Origin: an uncultured Armatimonadetes bacterium
GTDB lineage: Bacteria; Armatimonadota; Hebobacteria; Hebobacterales; Hebobacteraceae
Direction of reading: 5' to 3'
DNA length: 64,000 nt
NCBI GenBank assembly: GCA_963716175.1
Contig: OY970296.1
Coordinates: forward strand, 640,001-704,000
The notes beneath the pieces were generated by a model that worked only from the letters and a program-made list of their open reading frames with translations, did no database searches and had not been told where the DNA came from. The translations under genes were made by a program, and so were the position numbers. This document shows, one piece after another, positions 60,229 through 64,000 of this stretch (positions are counted from its first letter, which is position 1; every line of letters starts with the position of its first letter).

Positions 60229-61223
60229 TCTCTCACCATCTCGTGCGTCCGGCGAGCGACACTCCAGATGAGCAGCCGCGCGATGGCGTTGATCGCGATG
60301 GTGACCGCGAACAGCAGCAGCGCGATCTCCATCAGGGCGGCGATGTGGAGTTTGCCGGTGGCTTCCATGAATTCGTTGGCGAGGACGCTGGGCATGGTGT
60401 AGGCGGGGTCGAAGATGGAGGCCGAGATGGTCGGCGTGTTGCCGATCACCATGGTGACCGCCATGGTCTCACCCAGCGCGCGGCCCAGTCCAAGAATGAC
60501 GGCGCCCAGGATTCCGGCACGCGCATACCGGAAGACAGGACCGCGTATCGCCTCCCACCGGGTCGCCCCCAGCGCGTAGGCGGCCTCTCGCTGCGAGACC
60601 GGAACGGCACGCAACACGTCCCGTGACACTGCGGTGATGATCGGCAGCACCATGATCGCCAGGATCAGTCCCGCCGCCAGCATGCCAATGCCGTAGGGCG
60701 CGCCGGAGAACAGCGGCACCGAGCCCAGGTGCATTCCCAGCCATATCTCGAGGGGCCGCAGGACTGGTACCAGCACGAAGATGCCCCAGATCCCGTAGAC
60801 TACACTCGGCACCGCGGCCAGCAGCTCGACCAGAAAGGACAAGGGATTGCGCAGCCAGACCGGGGCGAGTTCGGCCAGGAAGAGAGCGGCTCCCAGGCTG
60901 ATCGGGACGGCCAGCAGCAGCGCCAGCGCCGACGACACCACAGTGCCATAGACGAAGGGCAGCGCCCCAAAGGAGTCGTGCACCGGGTCCCAGGTGCGGC
61001 CCGACAGGAAGCCCCAGGAGAACTCCCGGATTGCGGGCAGGGAGTCAGCGAGCAGCAAGTAGGCGAGAAGAGCGATGACGATGAGCACGCAGGCCGCAAA
61101 CAGCAGGGTCGTCCACTTGAACACGCGGTCCCCGAATCGCGCGCTCAAGATCCCCCGCTGCCTCAGCGACCTGGTTCCGCTCACCGTTGTTTCCACGCTC
61201 TCCGCTCCCTGGGGATCGGGCAT
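60225..61223 (-). CDS. pstC: Phosphate ABC transporter permease PstC
   Basis: WDP..FGALP, ELLAAVPSVVYG, REAAYALGATRWE, GRALGETMAVTMVIGN. Confidence 0.95.
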   Translation of the reverse strand: MPDPQGAESVETTVSGTRSLRQRGILSARFGDRVFKWTTLLFAACVLIVIALLAYLLLADSLPAIREFSWGFLSGRTWDPVHDSFGALPFVYGTVVSSALALLLAVPISLGAALFLAELAPVWLRNPLSFLVELLAAVPSVVYGIWGIFVLVPVLRPLEIWLGMHLGSVPLFSGAPYGIGMLAAGLILAIMVLPIITAVSRDVLRAVPVSQREAAYALGATRWEAIRGPVFRYARAGILGAVILGLGRALGETMAVTMVIGNTPTISASIFDPAYTMPSVLANEFMEATGKLHIAALMEIALLLFAVTIAINAIARLLIWSVARRTHEMVRE

Positions 61224-61315
61224 CCCCGGAACACGTTATTGCGGATGCGCTGGAACAGACGCCTCCACCCGGACATCCGCCCCCTTTCTGCTCCGGGGGA
61301 GTCTACCTGCTCTCG

Positions 61316-61353
61316 GTTAACGACAGACCGTGGGATTGTTAGGGCTGGGTTAA
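61316..61353 (-). promoter_or_regulatory. Pho-box-like array upstream of pstC
   Basis: Minus strand TTAAC, CTAAC, TTAAC half-sites spaced 11 and 22 nt apart. Confidence 0.55.
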
Positions 61354-61488
61354 GAGTTCGGTCCCAAGGTCCCCGAAACCGGAACACGAGGGCGCGCGCC
61401 GACTCCGTGGCGCAGGGCCACAGAGCCCCGGCCGGTGCACCGGGAACTGCGCGCCGCCCAACCTCTTCTCCCTCTGCGCGGAGGTCAG

Positions 61489-62532
61489 CTAGAAGCTGAT
61501 CGCCTTGATCTTGCTTTCGTCCAGCGCCACGACCTCACGAGGCAGCGGCGCATAGAGCAGCGGAGCGGCGTACTTCTGGCCATCGGTCACCGCCCACCGC
61601 AGGAACGCCGCCAACGTCCGGCCCTTGCCTGCGTTCGATGGCCGCTGGTAGCAGAGAATGTAGGTGAACCCCGCGATCGGGTAGGCGTTCTTGCCCGGCG
61701 CGTTCACGATTGAGACCCGCACGTCCTTCTGCATCGCCTTCACCGACCCCGCCGCGGCGGCCGTCGTGGTGGCGATGGTAGGCTCGACAAACTGGCCGGC
61801 GCGGTTGCGGATATAGGCGTATGGGAGTTTGCTCTGGATAGCATACGCCAGCTCGACATAACCGACGGCGCCAGGAGTCTGCTTGACCACCCCAGCCACG
61901 CCGTCGTTGCCTTTGCCGCCGATACCGGCCGGCCAGTTCACCGCCTTACCAGCCCCTACCCGCTTCGCCCAGGTTGGGCTGACCGCCGACAGGTAACTGG
62001 TGAAGATGTAGCTGGTGCCGCTGCCGTCGGAGCGGTGCGCGACGGCGATGGCCAGATTGGGCAGTCTCACGCCGGGATTTGGCGAGGCGATGCGCGTATC
62101 GTTCCAGCGCGTGATGCTGCCGAGGAAGATATCGGCGACCACGTCACCGCTCAGCTTCAGTCCCTGCTGCACGCCCGGGAGGTGGTAGGCGATCACCACT
62201 GCGCCCGCCACCATCGGGAGGTGCACCACCGCGGCGGGCATCTCCCGCATCTCCTGGTCGGACAGAGGAGCGTCGCTGGCCCCGAAGTCCACGGTGCGGG
62301 ACTTGAGCTGCTGAATGCCTCCGCCGCTGCCGATGGACTGATAGCTGATAGCGACCTTGTGCTCCTTCTGATAGACGTCGAACCACTTCGAGTACAACGG
62401 ATACGGAAACGTCGCGCCCGCTCCGGTCAGGCTGCTGAGCCCCGCGCCAGAAGCGAGCGCGGCCGCGGACAGCACGGCCACAGTGAGCGCCGCGGCCAGC
62501 ACGCCAGCCATCCTGGTTCTGCGTGGAGACAT
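61489..62532 (-). CDS. pstS: Phosphate-binding protein PstS
   Basis: GAGATFPYPLY, YQSIGSGGG, DFGASD, HRSDGSGTS, GKGNDGV, YPIAGFTY; RBS GAGGAGG. Confidence 0.96.
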   Translation of the reverse strand: MSPRRTRMAGVLAAALTVAVLSAAALASGAGLSSLTGAGATFPYPLYSKWFDVYQKEHKVAISYQSIGSGGGIQQLKSRTVDFGASDAPLSDQEMREMPAAVVHLPMVAGAVVIAYHLPGVQQGLKLSGDVVADIFLGSITRWNDTRIASPNPGVRLPNLAIAVAHRSDGSGTSYIFTSYLSAVSPTWAKRVGAGKAVNWPAGIGGKGNDGVAGVVKQTPGAVGYVELAYAIQSKLPYAYIRNRAGQFVEPTIATTTAAAAGSVKAMQKDVRVSIVNAPGKNAYPIAGFTYILCYQRPSNAGKGRTLAAFLRWAVTDGQKYAAPLLYAPLPREVVALDESKIKAISF

Positions 62533-62791
62533 GTGACTATCCTCCTCTATTGGGGTTTGGCTTCCGCGTCGAGTGACGCACGCTGCGAGATGTCGATCTA
62601 GCACATAGGCCCTTTGGGGACGGCCCTCCTAGCCGTGGACTCCGCGAGCCCGGGCTCCGGAACGCGGTCGTGACCTGCTCGTGCCAGGCCAGCGCCGTAT
62701 CCTCCCACACACCGGCGATCGGTGTCCACTGGCCGGTGGGTCCTCGATGATGCCTCGGTTGCATAGTGTCAGCCGCTTGCACCTTCGTGAC

Positions 62792-63478
62792 CTAACCCAG
62801 AGACAGGAGTGCGGCTGGGAAGGAAGCGGGATGGTAGCTCTTGAGCCGTCCCAGCTCCCCGATCGTGGAGTAGATCGCCCACTCGCCGATGTTGGTGGCA
62901 TGGGCAGCCACTCGCTTCAGCGCGTGCGAGGCGAACAGCAGCCACACGCCGGCCCTCAGGTAATCCGGGGCCGCCGCGAGATGGCGGAGCACTTCTGCGT
63001 GGAGCCAGCGGTGTGCGATCTCCGCGATGTCCTCCTGCTCCCGCAACCGGTGCAGGTCATGCAGCTCGCCGCTCGCGAAGGCCTGCACGCTGATCGCGAT
63101 CATCTCGGAGGTCAGGTCCACCATCTTCCGCAGGCGCCGCGTGATCTTCGGCGGACAAGGAGAAACGATTTCCCGGGCGATGAGCGCGATGTCCACCGCG
63201 AGGTCGGCGATGCGCTCCAGGTCGGAGATCACCCTCAAGATGGCAGCCGCCCTTCTTCGTGGTGCGGTCGGAAAGGGCTGATCGGAGGCCAGCAACTCGA
63301 TGCATTTCCTCGCGATCGCCAGCTCCATGCGATCAATAATGTCGTCCCGGCCAATCACCTCTTCGCACAGCATGCGGTCGCCCTCGAGAATGCCCTGACT
63401 CGCCCTGGCGACCGCTTCCTTTACCAAGTCGCTCATGTGCACCACGTCGTGGTGCAGCTCCTGCATCGTCTCCTCCAT
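62792..63478 (-). CDS. Divergent PhoU-domain protein
   Basis: DDIID, LLASDQP, SDLERIADLA; second repeat degenerate (LKRVAAHATNIGE). Confidence 0.78.
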   Translation of the reverse strand: MEETMQELHHDVVHMSDLVKEAVARASQGILEGDRMLCEEVIGRDDIIDRMELAIARKCIELLASDQPFPTAPRRRAAAILRVISDLERIADLAVDIALIAREIVSPCPPKITRRLRKMVDLTSEMIAISVQAFASGELHDLHRLREQEDIAEIAHRWLHAEVLRHLAAAPDYLRAGVWLLFASHALKRVAAHATNIGEWAIYSTIGELGRLKSYHPASFPAALLSLG

Positions 63479-63518
63479 CTACGTTCTCTCCATCTCTCCC
63501 CTCGCAGGTTAGCGGCCC

Positions 63519-64000
63519 TTAGAACTTGGTGGCTAGACCGACCGCGATCTGGTCCAGATTAGGCTTCGAAGCGCCGCCACTGGTCGTGTTCCGCGTGAGC
63601 TCCAGCTTGAGATGGTCATCGGGGTGATCCGGTAGCCGGCGCCTAATGACAGTCGGTGGTAGTCGTTCACCGCCACCGAAATGCCGCCCAGCTTCGCCAA
63701 AGCGCCGCCGTCCAACGAGGTATCGCCGTAGCGAGTGGCGAGGTAGGTCTTGGGGTTCAGGTTGTAGAGCGCCTCTGCAAGCCAGTACTTGCCTTTCCAA
63801 TCGGGCGCGCCAGCGGCCTCATCGGTGAACTGCCCATAGGTAGCGCCGGCCTGCCAGGGCACGTCCGCGGGGGCACCCACGACCGACTTGATGCCCTCTT
63901 TGCCGTAGCCGTAGCGAGCATCTGCCTCCCAGAGACTTCGATTCCAGGCGGTGGCGCCGGGCGGGGCGTCGAACACCTCGGCGATGTCGAAATCGGGCTG
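63519..64000 (-). CDS. C-terminal part of a probable outer-membrane beta-barrel/porin (frameshift near 63614; truncated at window end)
   Basis: Amphipathic strands (WEADARYGY, YWLAEALYNL, YLATRY, RLSLGAGYRI, HLKLEL) ending ...QIAVGLATKF with terminal Phe. Confidence 0.62.

Noticed and set aside
62537-62782. 81-aa ORF between the PhoU-like gene and pstS
   Set aside because: No motif or convincing RBS; coding status cannot be supported.
63525-63546. GTGGCTAGACCGACCGC resembling the end of the 50-nt element
   Set aside because: Short match that encodes the needed terminal beta-strand (AVGLATKF) and lacks the bulged hairpin; probably coincidence.

Overview
GC-rich bacterial chromosomal segment of about 45 genes and two tRNAs. 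The gene families (two DUF6785-type membrane proteins, DUF4091/DUF4832, URO-D-like proteins, a C-terminal-Phe beta-barrel) suggest a diderm, carbohydrate-specialist uncultured lineage such as Armatimonadota; this is inference. Main blocks: (1) a catabolic region (1-15.5 kb) with an 8-gene minus-strand unit ending in an atypical glycyl-radical enzyme (GRE; GCWE Cys loop, RMGGW Gly motif) and its activase; (2) tRNA-Gly(CCC) and tRNA-Cys(GCA); (3) a rearranged alternative complex III (actB-C-D-F-A ... actE) interleaved with a cbb3 oxidase, with divergent maturation genes (16-29.7 kb); (4) sugar, hydrolase and transporter-like genes plus a two-component pair (29.7-57.7 kb); (5) a pst locus with two phoU genes, a probable porin and a Pho-box-like array. 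The most striking unexplained structure is a 50-nt palindromic element made of two inverted TA-bulged hairpins. It occurs three times with compensatory base changes: nested in another repeat, in the actA-ccoN spacer, and in-frame inside the GRE gene, where it adds about 16 residues. Seven genes carry 1-2 nt frameshifts at homopolymer or CG-repeat sites, probably assembly errors. All assignments come from reading motifs by eye; no database searches were run.
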